A DNA stretch of 64,000 nucleotides from Eledone cirrhosa. Lineage: Eukaryota. A program made the translations under genes and the position numbers. Under the pieces are notes generated by a model. The model ran no database searches. It saw only the letters and a list, made by a program, of their open reading frames with translations, and was not told where the DNA came from. Below are positions 1 through 13,162 of the stretch, piece by piece. The stretch is taken from contig OZ024741.1 of NCBI GenBank assembly GCA_964016885.1, positions 35,960,001 to 36,024,000 of the forward strand, read 5' to 3'. Position 1 is the stretch's first letter, and each line of letters begins with the position of its first letter.

Positions 1-2586
1 CTACTGTACTTTCAGAGCTCCCTCCCCCACTGCTGATTTTGTCACCCAGATAACGGAAGCTGTCCACTATTTCTATAGAACCCTCTGCGCAGTTGAAGGA
101 GCTAGTATTTTGTGGGCACTTGCTGCTACTTATTGCACCAGAGCACCGGCCACATGTAAAATCTATGTTCTTAGTTAGCTTACCTGTGATCCCACTACAT
201 CTTTTATGCACCCATACTTTGCATTTGGGACATAAAATGGAGTTTCTACCTACGCCTTTCCTACACACTGAGCATGGCCATTTCCCCGATGGGACCGCCG
301 CCTTATTTTCTTTCCTACAAACTAGAACTTTAGTCTTAGCCAGGTTAATTTTAAGGCCTTTTGATTCTAGGCCGTGCTTCCACGTTTGGAATTTCTTCTC
401 TAGTTCGGTCATTGATTCAGCTATGAGCGTTAGATCATCTGCGTATAGGAGTTCCCATGGGCAGCCGGTCTTGAACTCCTCTGTTATAGCCTGAAGGGCA
501 ATAATAAATAGTAGGGGGCTAAGTACAGAGCCCTGATGGACACCAACTTTTACGCTAAACTCTTCACTATATTCGTTGTTAATTGTAACCTTACTGACTG
601 TTTCTTTATACATGGCTTGTATAGCTCTCACAAGCCATTCGTCAACACCTAGTTTTCTAAGAGACCACCAGATAATGGAACGGGGGACTCTGTCGAAGGC
701 TTTCTCCAAGTCGACAAAAGCTAAGTATAGGGGTTTACTTTTAGCTAGGTACTTCTCCTGTAGTTGTCGTACAATGAAAAGAGCGTCTGTGGTACTTTTG
801 CCTGACACAAACCCGAACTGCATTTCATCTAGATCAATTCTCTCTCTGATTAGTTGCGCTATTACTTTTTCCGTGACCTTCATGACCTGGTCGATTAATT
901 TAATGCCTCTATAGTTACTCCTATCTAGGGCATCTCCTTTTCCCTTATAGCAGTTAACGATGATGCTGCTACGCCATTCCTTCGGAACAACCCCATTCTG
1001 TACGACTTGGTTAACTATCCGGGTGACCATGGTGTGTCCCACCGAACCAGATGCCTTCAGCATCTCAGCAACTATTTCCGAAGGCCCAGCCGCCTTACCC
1101 GTCTTCATATCTTTGATTGCCTTACTTATTATACTACCTTCAACTAACACTGCTGGTCCCTCTATTGGATCGATCTGGGGGAGACTGTCTTTCTCCCATT
1201 TGTTCTCCTCATTTAGAAGCCTTTCGTAGTGACACTTCCAAGCTACCTTCTTATCAGCATCGGTGATGGCAAGTATGCCATCATCGTTAAGTACACACTT
1301 CTCCCCGACAATATCACGGTTTTCCTTGACACATTGCCTGGCAATCCTGAACACCTCACGTTTTTGGTCCTCACGTTGTAGAACATGCTTGAACTTTCTT
1401 TCCTCTGCTTCCCTTCTTGCGAAGTACACTTGTCTCCTAGCTTCCCTCCTGGCCACTTGATAGTCTTCTCTACTTCCCCCATCCCGCCATACTTTCCAAG
1501 CCTGCTTTTTGGCCTTAATTGACTCCTCCACCTTACTGTTCCACCACCATGTTACTCTCCTCCTACCTACAGGCCTGCTCCAGCCACAGACTTCGTCTGC
1601 CGCCGTCAGCAGGTTTGCTCTCAGGAATTCCCACTGTTCCTCTATATTATACGACTCTAATTGCTCTTCCTTACTGTCGAAAGCGTCAAGTAATTTGCTT
1701 TGAAATTTATTTCTGGCTATGGGGTCCTTTAGCTTCCATATTTTTCTCCTGAGGATAGTCCTCTTCCGCTGTCTAGTACGTCTCGTCCTGACTATGAGGT
1801 CGCTAATTATCAGTCTATGTTGGGAGGTGAATTCTTCATGGGGGTGGGATTTAGTGTTAACAACAGACACTCTGTCACGTCTTCTGGTAAGGATATAATC
1901 TACCTGGCTTGTGTGTTCCCCCGATCTATAGGTGATCAAGTGATTGTCTCATTTTTTGAAGTTAGTGTTACAGATAGTTAAGTTATTTGCGTCGCAGAAT
2001 TCCAGGATTCTGGAGCCTTCCTCATTTCTAGTACCGAACCCATAGCCTCCATGGATTCCGTCATAGCCGTCACAATGTTGTCCAACGTGACCATTTAGGT
2101 CGCCTGCAATAACTATATAGTCACTGTCGGTTATTTGGGAGGTAGCGAGCATCAGTGTCTCGTAGAATCTGTCTTTTATAGCGCGGGGCAGTCCGGATTG
2201 GGGTGCGTACGCAGATATTACTGTCACCGTAGTTTTATTGAGGACAAGTCTTATTTTAATTATTCTGTCGTTCACTCTATTTACGTCTATTATCTTATCT
2301 GCCCACTTTTCTGCTACCATGATTCCTACCCCACCCAACCCATTGTCATTTCCCACCCAGAAAAGCTTATAGCATCGCTCTTTACCCACGATGAATCTAG
2401 CCGACCCTCCCCTCCACCTGGTCTCTTGAATACAACAAACATCGACCTCCTTACGTTCAAGCATTTCTACAACCTCGTTAGAGCGACCCTTTAAGGTGCC
2501 TACATTCATGGTACCAACTCTGAAGTTTTGGATTGCGTTTGGAGGGTGGGAGCAGTGGGGCGCGGGGGGGGGGGGGGGGGATGGGG
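1..2586 (-). mobile_element. RTE-clade LINE, near-intact (APE endonuclease, RT with PHD finger); runs off the window start
   Basis: ORF 1949..2638 gives APE motifs ([31 protein letters not shown]). After one in-frame TGA at 1949-1951 the same frame matches the RT/PHD of the copies at 15.9 kb and 54.2 kb. Confidence 0.95.
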
Positions 2587-2632
<46 letters not shown>

Positions 2633-2669
2633 ATACATATATATCTATATATATATATATATCAAAAGC

Positions 2670-2747
<78 letters not shown>

Positions 2748-2790
2748 ATACATATATATCTATATATATATATATATCAAAAGCATGTAT
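2587..2790. repeat. Duplicated compound microsatellite unit (TA)n(TG)n-ATACATATATATCT-(AT)n-CAAAAGCATG, 2 copies
   Basis: The same unit ends in tcaaaagcatgtat at about 2674 and about 2790. Confidence 0.85.
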
Positions 2791-2989
2791 TGAGTTAGAA
2801 ACTCAAAATAGTCTCATTACAGTAAATTAGCTATAGGAAAAAGATTTTTCCAAGCCACATGTAACTGAACAAAAAGGAAAAACGAACACAGACATATATA
2901 TATATATATGTGTTCAAATCGTAATGGACCAAAATCGCTAAGGTGAAAAAAATAGTAACTACAGACAATAGGGTTTGCTAGACTCAATT
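2788..2989. mobile_element. About 200-bp non-autonomous DNA element (MITE-like), imperfect ATTGAGT...ACTCAAT ends
   Basis: A homologous copy at 49285-49480 has the same boundaries and different flanks. Confidence 0.65.
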
Positions 2990-3097
2990 TTTGTTCTGTT
3001 ATATACGGCTTGGAAAAATCTTTTTCCTAGAGCTAATTTACTGTAATGGAAAAATGGACATTAAATGGTGATTATGATGATGATGATGATGATGATG

Positions 3098-3145
<48 letters not shown>

Positions 3146-3187
3146 ACATAAAACAAAGAGCCCTTATAACATCAATCAATTTTTATT

Positions 3188-3234
3188 CGCTGACAGTGTT
3201 TCATCCATACCATAGGGCAGGACTCATCAGAGCG
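3188..3234 (-). ncRNA. Type I hammerhead ribozyme (minimal, PLE/retrozyme type)
   Basis: Minus strand reads CGCT-CTGATGA-GTCC.TGCC.CTAT.GGTA.T.GGAT-GAAA-C.ACT.G-TC-AGCG. This gives a complete core, stems I, II and III and a GUC cleavage triplet, followed by AATAAA. Confidence 0.8.
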
Positions 3235-3489
3235 TTGAAAACAAAAATACAATAAGGAAGATAAGCTCTACCAACCCACATCATAAGAACAATAGATATA
3301 TGGTACAGGATCATAGGATAATAGTGAGAATGGAGATGATACATAATAAGATTGTTAGTCAGAGTAAGGAAAAATAAGGAAAAATAAGGAAAAATAAAAT
3401 AAACTGAAGTAATCACACAAAAGATAGATGCATGTGAAGGAATCAGTCAAGGCGATAAAGAAAAAAGAAAAAAGAATACTAAAAAGTAA

Positions 3490-4055
3490 TTAAAAAAAAA
3501 ATAAATAAATAAAAATAAATAAAAATAAAAAAAATAAAAAATAAAAAATAAAAAATAAAAAATAAAAAATAAAAAATAAAAAATAAAAAATAAAAAATAA
3601 AAAATAAAAAATAAAAAATAAAAAATAAAAAATAAAAAATAAAAAATAAAAAATAAAAAATAAAAAATAAAAAATAAAAAATAAAAAATAAAAAATAAAA
3701 AATAAAAAATGATAATTAATTAAATAATAATTAAAAAATTAAAAAATAAAAAAAATTAAAAAATTAAAAAAATTAAAAAATAAATAATTAAAAAAATAAT
3801 TAATAAAAAATAATTTTAAAAAATTAAAAAGATATTAAAGAAATATATATATTAAAAAATATATATATTAAAAAAATATATATTAAAAAGATATATTAAA
3901 AAATATATATTAAAAATATATATAATAATTAAAAATAATTAAAAATAATAAAAAAATAAATAAATAAATAAAAAATAAAAATAAAAATTTTAAAATCGAA
4001 ATTAAAAACTAATTAAAAAACTAATTAAAAAAATAATTAAAAAATATATATTTAA
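3490..4055. repeat. (AAAAAT)n array grading into A/T-only low complexity
   Basis: Perfect hexamer run from about 3525 to 3710, then degenerate. Confidence 0.95.
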
Positions 4056-5058
4056 CAGAATAATTAACAAGAGAGAGGGGATGGCATAGATGCATAAGAG
4101 GGCACACAAACGCAAGGAGAGGAAGCATGCATTGGTCACAGTCGAATAGATATAGGCCAGATGATTTCCCATGACAAAGAGTCTTGTGTCCTATAGTTTC
4201 ACAGGGTGAGCCACAGTGCACTCGAATGTTACAGTTGTCAAAGTAGATAAATTACATAGGACTAGGCATCAACCGGAGTATCATATAGAGAAGTGCCATG
4301 TAGCTCTTAAAGTATGGTAATAAGGTTCAGAGGGGATTTAGTATTCTCCAAATTCAGCATGGTTAGGGTAACCATAAGGTAGTGGAGCTGTGAGGTTAAG
4401 AGGTGTTAGTCTTGCATAATGATGGGTACAGCACAGGCAGAATCAGGAACACAAGCAAAGCGGGCTAAGTGTATAGAAGAAGCTGAAGCAGTCAATTCAC
4501 AACGAAAAATTCCTAACAGACAATTCATACATGGTTTAAACAATGTTTGAGGCATATCCGGCAAGGGGAACAAAAAACATATATATATCGTCAGTAGATA
4601 GTAACTCACGAAATTTCACAACATATATAGACACATATATATATATATATCCTTCATAGAAGGTATTCCAATCCTGTTCATACATCCACATGTACGTATC
4701 ATAACGTATGGTACTATATGTTATGAGCCGGTGTTCAAATCGAATTCCTCATATAAGTAGTGCTCCAGATTGCGGTATTATACTATTCACAATCACCCAC
4801 AGTAATATACATCTAATTCTGTGTTCCGAGAGTATTATTGTCCAAGCATTGCATGAACACACATTATAGCAGTAGCTTATGACTATTCACATGAAGCACG
4901 TGGTTAGACAAACAAACTTAAAATATAATATAATATAATATAACATAACATATAAAATATACAAGTGTACAGACCGAATCAGTAATTCTGCCCAGCACAA
5001 CTGTGAGTCATTAAACTCATACATGTGTTCATTAACTAAACAAGACAGCGACCATATG

Positions 5059-5091
<33 letters not shown>

Positions 5092-5499
5092 TAGAGAGAG
5101 AGAGAGAGAGAGAGAAGGGGTGGGGACAGATAGGTAGATTGGTAGGTAGGTAAACAGACAGATAGACAAACAGATGGACAGATAGATATTCGGTTGTATC
5201 CCAGTTTTTAGAATAGATAACACCATATCACTGCATCTTCTAGAGGTGACTAAATAGGTTGGCATGAGGAAAGCATCTGATTGCATACATTGTCTCAAAA
5301 CATTCCATCTAACCCATACTAGCATGGAAATGTGGACATAAAAACGATGATGATATATTCATACATATGTCATCTTTTTCATGTGCTATGAATATTGTTG
5401 GTCAATGAAACCATTATTTTATAAGAAAAAACAAAAAATAATATTAATTGAGTTTTACTGAGGAATACCAATCTAAAAGAGAAATGTAAATTCTACATG

Positions 5500-7330
5500 T
5501 CATTGGAACAATTGTATCTTTCCATTTGCTGCTGGTTGAAGTGAAGAAGTTGTTGACAATTGGTTCACCAAACCCCAACAATTGAATGTTCCTTGGTTAC
5601 TTTCACTTAAGTATTTAGATACTTGAGCTGTATTAACTGTGTGTGTATGGGAAGTGAGAGATGGATAAATTGATCCAGACATTAAATACATACATGATGG
5701 CTGCAACTCAATTTCCAGTAATGCTATCACTTGATACTTAAGAAGATGCTTTTAAGCGAGGAAAGGCTTTGCATAGGGCCAATCCCACTCTCTGAACATT
5801 GAATGCATTTACTCAAAATGCAAACGAAGCTGCAGGTTTTACATCAGAGTGACCTTCTCTTAGAGAGAGGTCTCAGACTCCAGTGTCACCCTAAAAAAAA
5901 AAAAATAATAATAATTGGATGGCCTGTGAAAGACCTGTCCACAAATAATACAATGATGTCTCATTTCATTCTTGTTTCCACTTTCAGTTTGCTTATTGTG
6001 GTATGTTCAGATCCACCACATGATTTGCAAACTTTCTGATAAACATGGCACTGGAACTGATTCTCTGCAATGAAGTTTGAATAAGCAGCTTGGACTTTAC
6101 CATCATGTACCCATTGGTGTGACTACAGGCCATCATTTGAAAGGCACACCTTAGGACACACAAAGCATTTGAAAACCAACTTTGGATAAGATTTATCATT
6201 ATTATTGTTGGTCTCATTCTTCCACACTTTTATTTTCAGGCTTTTGCTACCTTTTGTATACAAGATGTGATTTTGGTGTCCAATTTGCCATCAGCTTGTA
6301 CACTACTACCAAGATATTCAAAACAAGTCACCGTTTTTAGCATTGTGCCCTTAATAAGGACTTGAGGTACAGTTGTATGCTCCCTAGGAATGTGTTCATG
6401 CATTACAACAGTCTTTTTCAGATTAATTACAAGACCGAATATACCACATGCAGTGTTGAAATCACTTGTTAGGTTTTACAAGCTCTCCTCAGTTTGACTT
6501 ATTAGGTCGCAGTCATCTACATATAGAAGGTCATGGAGCAAAAGGAGGAAGACTTTAGAGTTGAATCTCATTCTAGTCATATTGAACACATTGCTTGGAG
6601 AGTGATAATGGTTAAAAACTCCTTTTGTTGATGTTGCAAAGACATTTGACAGCATCACTGCAAAATAAATGGCAGAGTGTTGTTGCTTCAAGGTTGCCCT
6701 GCCTGACTTCATTTTCCACTCTGAAAGAGTACTGCCAAAATTAATATGGGCCTTCATATCCCACGCTAGTATTAAAGTCCCCCGTGATGACTAGCTTCTT
6801 TTTCCTTGGAATTTTCAACCAGATTCAGAAGACCCTGATAAAATTTTTCAATGCTTTCAATGGAATGTGACAATTGTCAGGAATCGATCTTTTACCTGGA
6901 GTTGAAAAGTTATGCATTTAAATACACCACTTGGAAATTCTTGAATACAGTCTAGGATTGAGTTTTTAATTGCAAAACCAACTCCTAAATCTCTCCTTTG
7001 CCCTTCAGGCAAACCTTTCCAAAAGAAAGTATAACCTCATGGCTTTTCAGTAATTTCGCCATCTCCAGGTAGACATGTCTCAGATAAGCCAATAACATCC
7101 AGATCATATTTACCAATTTCTTTTGCAATTAATGCTGTGCGACATTCTGTTCTATCAGACTTAATGTCTAAGAGAGAACATACATTCCAATAAGCAAACT
7201 TCATACTCACCCTAGGTTTCTTTTGGGGTTGATTGTTTGTGTTTGTCACAGTAGCAGGATGATGACCATGCCCAGGCTGTAGCATTCTACGACACCTGCC
7301 AGGTCAGACATGTTCACCAGAAGATCCCAA
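5500..7330 (-). mobile_element. Old, internally deleted RTE (BovB-like) LINE
   Basis: 7037..7285 gives WNVCSLLD...RTALIAKEIGKYDLDVIGLSET (BovB-type APE). 6476..6757 gives LLYVDDC (RT). Many stops and frameshifts. Confidence 0.8.
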
Positions 7331-7529
7331 GCCCTTTCTGCCATTTACTGACTTTGTGTGAGACATTTCAATTAAAAATATGGATGCACATTTAGGTCAC
7401 TGCCAACCCCTTATTATGATCTTAAATAACGAGGAAAGTGTACAAGAAGTACCTGTGCAAAATATTATTTTTAAAGTGGATGTAGCTTGCTCAGCACCAC
7501 CACTAAGTTTTGGTGCATGAAGTTGCTAT

Positions 7530-7870
7530 TCATCATCATCATTTAACGTCCATCTTCCACGCTAGCATGGGTTAGACAGTTTTGTTCCATTTGATGCAGG
7601 AATGGTCGGGAGACCATGTCTCGCTCGCACGGAAGTGTCTCTGGCAGGTTTTTTACAGCTGGATACCCTTCCTAACACCAACCACATTTACAGTGTAGAC
7701 TGGGAACCTTTTCCCCATGTCTCCTACATGGCCACTTTACAGTGTGGACTGTTGTGTCATTGACACAGTGGACGGAACGGGAGAGGGAGGATGGGGTAGG
7801 GTATGGTGGTGGGGTGCACATTGGGTTAAGAGGTGCCTACTGACTGTAGGTTTGTATGCAATGGCAGTCG
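7530..7870 (-). mobile_element. Non-coding RTE 3'UTR-like / SINE-like repeat with (GAT)n tail
   Basis: Matches the 3'UTR of the RTE at 15458-15858 (tttaacgtcc, ctggatRcccttcctaacaccaaccacatttacagtg). Related pieces lie at 11025-11185, 23380-23580, 37293-37530 and 50497-50890. Confidence 0.7.
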
Positions 7871-9069
7871 GGTCGTCTGTACATGGCGCCAAATAGTATG
7901 ACAAGACTAAATACTTCCTGAACCTCAGGTTTTACATCAGAGTTTTCCTTCTCCTTGGTAGATCACTAAGGTTACAGAGCTCCCCAACCAAAAAAGGTTA
8001 AAGGTTAAAAGATAAAAAAGATATTCACACATTGATATATATATAAGTACAAAAGTATATACATATATACATGTTTAACTGGATGGCTAGTGACTCTCCT
8101 GAGTTTCTCTGCCCTTTGTTGGATTTTGTTTTTTGTCCCGCAAGGCATCCAAATCACTCTCCTCACCAAACTATCTTGGTGGGGTTTCTGATTTAGTTGC
8201 TGATGACCCAACCATGCAGCAGGCTGCACTGGATTACATGTTACCAGTAATGCTGAAAAGTGGCCTGGCATGCATGCGTGCATACATACATGCATGTATA
8301 CATACATTCATGCATACATAGATACATACATACAAAACAGCTGTCCACTTATGTCTGAGGAAGATCATCAGTGATTATTAAATGAATCATGTTTTCAACA
8401 GTGGCTCTTGGACCCTGAAACAGCTCTGGCTCTACAATACAAAACTCTTTGTTTTTGAGTGTTTATATTTATCTAGAAACCTTCCATCGTAATTTTATGT
8501 AAGAAATTTTATTAATTTATGCTCCAGCATGATAAATGAGAAAGTTGGATATATTGCTAAATCGCTCCAATGTTCCCATTATTTTCAAAATTATTTGACA
8601 ATCATTGACAATTTCTTACAATTAAAAATATGATAATGAAATAGCTGCTACATATCTTTTGGTAAACCTTACAAACAAAACTGTGCACATCACACTGCAG
8701 AGGTGTCTTCTGTGCACATCAAACTGCAGAGGTGCCTTCTGCTGTGTAGAACTGTGTTTTCTTAATCCACTTTTCAGGCCTTCCCACATGAACTCTATGT
8801 TATACAATCTATTGTCATGAACTTACAATAGTCAACTTTTTGTCTGGTTTTATTGACTTTTAACATCCTGTAATGATTTAGCAGAAAATATCTAAAAAAA
8901 ACACGTTTTTTGATTTATAGTAACTTTATTAATTAACACATTACTGCAAAAATTTGCAGTATTAGAGTAAAGAAAAGATTTTAATTTTTAATCTAATGCA
9001 TTCATATTGCTTATTAATTTAATTTGCAAAAGGCATTCCAGAAACATGTGTAAATATAATGTAATTCTC

Positions 9070-9495
9070 AAGGTGATTCAGTGTGATACAGTGTGTGACA
9101 TGACTAGCCCTTTGAACTACAGGTACATGGCACATTTGCCAGTCAAGTAACCTAGAGCCATGTGAAATAAAGTGTCTTGCTCAAGGACACAACATTCTGC
9201 TGGGAATTGAATTTACAACTCCACCCTTTAGCATTTATATTAGTCATATCCAACCAGATTTCTCTCACCTTTTTCTGTTCAAACCAGTCATAACTGGCTG
9301 CTCATACCGACATTAAGGTATTGTTCTCAAAATAAATTATATTAAAATCTCGTAGATTTTGATATTATGTGAGATAATTATGTGAGATAAAGTGTTTACT
9401 GTGAAAATACAATAGTAAATATAGAGTAATGTAAATGGTAAAGAGTTAATGATCACGGGCCAAACACCCTCACCACTGAGCCATGCACCTTCACC
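9070..9495 (-). mobile_element. Degenerate tRNA-derived SINE interrupted by a piggyBac-type MITE (9224-9445)
   Basis: The SINE head (rc of ccactgagccatgcaccttcac) and body (gtgaaataaagtgtcttgctcaagg) are split by a CCCTTTAGCAT...GTAAAGAG-TTAA insert. Confidence 0.7.
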
Positions 9496-9597
9496 ATCTT
9501 TGTTGATAATGAAGAAGTGGTGATAAATATTTTGAATTATATGGCCAACAGGGGAATTCTATTATGATTTATTTAAATATAGTATCTTTCCGAATCT

Positions 9598-9887
9598 TTC
9601 CATTTTTTCATGCTCAGAGTTGCTGAAGCATGGAACAAACTACCTGCATCAGTTGTTAGCTGTCGAGACACTGCACCCTTTAAAACCTCCATGCTTCCTG
9701 AGATTCGCCAACACTACACCTAATATTCCCCCTCCATACACAGGCACATATGTATATCATAACTCATACTATTCACTATTCACTTCCCTGACATTTATAT
9801 ATTATTCTATGTACTATACATGCACCTTTGATGAGTTGTAGTGCACCTGAGCACTGTACACAATAATTTCATTATTATTATTATTAT
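9598..9887 (+). mobile_element. CR1-type LINE 3' end with (ATT)n tail
   Basis: Nearly identical to 18285-18550 (FFMLRVAEAWNKLP and the 3'UTR). Confidence 0.9.
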
Positions 9888-10143
9888 ATTTCATTGTAGA
9901 TAATTAAGAGTATAATTTGGGGATTTTTCTTTTTATATTTTCCTGATAAGGTCAATATATTTCTATTGTTACTTAAGAGCAGTGGCATTCATATTAAATA
10001 GCCTACAGTAATATTTGTATAAATCTTTTAAGACATTTCATTCTCTATATCTAAATGTATATACACCAGAAAACAATAAATTAGAGATAGGAAAAGCAAG
10101 ATAAAAGTCAAGAGAAACAGAATGAATATGTGTATACATACAC

Positions 10144-10183
<40 letters not shown>

Positions 10184-10887
10184 CATGTTTAATATAGAAA
10201 TGGCTTCTACAAAACTAGAATCCAGGACTCACACAAACATATATATATATATAGTGAGAGAGACAGATTGATATATATATATATATATATATTAGAAAGA
10301 TCGAGTATCGAAAAATCGGCGCACGAGTTCACGATAAACGAGATTCGGTATGAGCGGCAGAGGGCTCAATAATTCAGATGAATCAGAGCTATAACTATCG
10401 TTAAAATACCGTCACATATAGAACAAGTCTACAATCAACCATACGATTTAAAATCGATAGAGGAAGATTCGGGACAAACAGATAAAAAATATCAATAAAA
10501 CAATACGTCAATAATTTAAATGAATGTAAAATCATACCCGGACCCACTAGACAGGTGTTAAATCTAGCTTCATGGGTTTCTGTAAATCCTTAGACTGTAC
10601 TCTATCAGCTCACATATAAATATAAAAGCCTACTAGAGTAAGCGGAACGGAGGTTTACTTTCTCAACGAGTTTTTTCCTGGCGGCAGAGGAGCCAACTAC
10701 CAGTGAAAAACGCACATGGCATTAGACAAGGGAGATGACCCCTATATCCGCGAAAACAATTCGAGTGAATGTGGAAATACACATATCGAATTAGAGTGCT
10801 CAATAGACATGTTAAAATAAAACAAAAGCTATTCATCACTCAATAGAATCGACAAAAAATGAGCAATAAAATTAACTGGTGGATAGC

Positions 10888-10932
<45 letters not shown>

Positions 10933-10933
10933 T

Positions 10934-11010
10934 GGGTGTCCCCAAAAAAATGTATACACACCTGAACATAATTATAATTAAAGTATGTATACATTTTTGG
11001 AGACACCCTG
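10934..11010. mobile_element. Tiny Tc1/mariner-type MITE
   Basis: TIR GGGTGTCCCCAAAAAAATGTATACA / TGTATACATTTTTGGAGACACCCTG followed by TA. Second copy at 13430-13501. Confidence 0.75.
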
Positions 11011-11379
11011 TATATATATATATCATTATCATCATTTTACATCAATGTTTCTATGCTAGCATGGGTTAGACAAGGCAATGCCAGGTCAGATGACCATGTC
11101 TTGCTCATACAGGACTGAATTTGGCTCAGTTTCTACAGCTGGATGCCCTTCCTAACACCAACCACGTTTACAGTGTGGATGCAGTAAAAACCTGTTAGAC
11201 CATTACTCACCAGAGTACTCAATACTTGGGGTTGTAAAGTGGGTAATATTTACTGCTGCAAAAGTGTAGGTCTACTGCTTTTCAGTTGCAGCTACTGTTG
11301 CTGCTGCTCTTACTAGATTTTGCTACCACCTACACATTTGCCATTCTGTTGCTACGTATTTAACTTGGATGTACAAAGA

Positions 11380-11660
11380 TTGCATAATTACAACTACTAC
11401 TACTACCATCATAACCAACGCCACCATCTCCACCACCACCGTCACCATCCCCATCACTACCTCCACCATCACCAACACCATCACTACTACTACTACTACC
11501 ATCATAACCACCGTTACCATCACTACTACTACTATGCCACCTCCACCATCACCACCACAACCACCAACACCATCATCACCACTACCACCACTACTACAAA
11601 TACTACCTCACCACCACCACTACTACCATCACCACCACCACCACCACCACCACCACCACT
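11380..11660. repeat. CAC/CAT/TAC trinucleotide low-complexity tract
   Basis: Read directly from sequence; it produces spurious poly-H/T/P ORFs. Confidence 0.9.
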
Positions 11661-12016
11661 GCAGTTTAGAGAAAAATTCCTCCCAACCAAATTTGATGTC
11701 TCTTACCTTCTCTTCTTTCCCTTTTTCTCTCCAACCACTTTTTTGTTGTTGTTGTTGTTGTTGTTGTATCTCTACAATTGATGGTCAAGAAAACTAGGTG
11801 AAAAAGGTGAATACAACAAATAAATGGTTAAAATTGGTAAATGGAATAGAGAGTTAGCTTTGATGATGTTTTGTCTGAAAATATTTCTTCTTCTTCTTCT
11901 TCTTCTTCTTCTTCTTCTTCTTCTTCTTCTTCTTTACATTATTATTATTATTATTATTATTCTTTGAGTCTCAGTCATTGATGTTATTTAACTGGAAAGT
12001 TTGTTGAAATGAATAT

Positions 12017-12728
12017 CAAGCTGCTACCTGCAGCCTCAGACATTCAGCATGTATCGGAGGGTTCTTGTTGTTCCCAGCAAAAAACGGGGCTGGACTAATC
12101 TCTTTAACCATGCTTGGAAACTCAGTGTGATAGAACGGATCTGGATATCGGCCGAGTCCATAGTGAAGATTGACCCGCCGCTTTCCTTTGGCCAGGAAGG
12201 GCAGGCAATTTTCCTCTGTCTGGTGGCAGTTGCGAAAAAGGTTGTATGGTGGACCAGATTGAAAGGACTGAAGACAGACACTTTTCTCTTTGGCCAATCC
12301 CCCATCAACTTCTTCAAGTTTCACCTAGAAAGGAAGGTGAGGGTGGAGAGAGAAGTGCCCCCCCCCTCAGTACATTTGCTAAAAGGTGGATGAATGTGGC
12401 GAGAGTGGCCCGTGTGAGTGGGCCTATTCCGACCATGTGCCTATAGGGCGGCTAATTTGAGGAGGAGAGGGGTGCTCTCCCCGGGTGCCCTAGAAACACA
12501 GGGTGGTTCAGGATTGGTGGGGTACCTGAGTCACCCTTGGGTTGTCCCCCCATATTGGGGAATTTATTTTGTTATATTTATGCATAGTTTATTTTATATT
12601 TTTTATATCTTCATTGGTAAATTAGTCTTGCCATTATGCACTTTTACTCAACCTTATTGTAAACCCCTACTGTCCCTGTCTTTGTATTGTCCCCTACATG
12701 TCGGCGCTCGTGGCCAATAAATGAAATC
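12017..12728 (+). mobile_element. 5'-truncated Tx1/L1-clade LINE 3' end (diverged relative of the 26.5-37 kb pair)
   Basis: ORF 12049..12393 (SAESIVKIDPPLSFGQEGQAIFLCLVAVAKKVVWWTRLKGLK) matches the ORF2 C-terminus. It ends AATAAATGAAATC-(ATT)n. Confidence 0.9.
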
Positions 12729-12753
12729 ATTATTATTATTATTATTATTATAA

Positions 12754-12940
12754 GGGCGGTGGATTGGCAGTATCGGTAGAGGATCGGACACCATGCTTTG
12801 CAGCATAGAGTTACGGCCCTTTATGATTTGAGTTCAAATCCCGCCGAGGTTAACTTTGCCTTTCATCCTTACGGGGTTGATAAAATAAAGTACCAGTAAT
12901 GCACTGGGATAATTGCTGGCCTTGTGCCAAAAGTAGAAAT
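12754..12940 (+). mobile_element. tRNA-derived SINE with Meta-like central domain
   Basis: A box TGGCAGTATCGG, B box GAGTTCAAATCC and core GCCTTTCATCCTTACGGGGTTGATAAAATAAAGTACCAG. At least ten copies in the window. Confidence 0.85.
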
Positions 12941-12961
12941 AATAATAATAATTATTATTAT

Positions 12962-13162
12962 TATTCCTATGAGGGTCATAGAGAGACAGAGTCCTCAATC
13001 ACATCTTTTACATATTCCAAGAGGGTCATAGAGGTACAGAGTCCTCAATCACATCTTCCACATATTCCTATGAGGGTCATAGAGGGACAGAATCCTCAAT
13101 CACATCTTCCACATATTCCTATGAGGGTCATAGAGGGGCAGAGTCATCAAACACATCTTCCA
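12962..13162. repeat. About 51-bp minisatellite, 4 units
   Basis: Unit TATTCCTATGAGGGTCATAGAGGGACAGAATCCTCAATCACATCTTCCACA; a 17-aa period is visible in ORF 12899..13300. Confidence 0.9.

Noticed and set aside
93-914. Plus-strand ORFs recurring at 93, 16463 and 54770
   Set aside because: They are antisense shadows of the RTE coding strand.
1949-1951. In-frame TGA in the RTE as selenocysteine or programmed readthrough
   Set aside because: The aligned position is Pro in the 50.9 kb subfamily, not Cys. A simple nonsense mutation (probably CGA to TGA) explains it.
11320-11797. Poly-His/Thr/Pro ORFs (also 19089-19505)
   Set aside because: They come from trinucleotide low-complexity tracts that are open in several frames on both strands.
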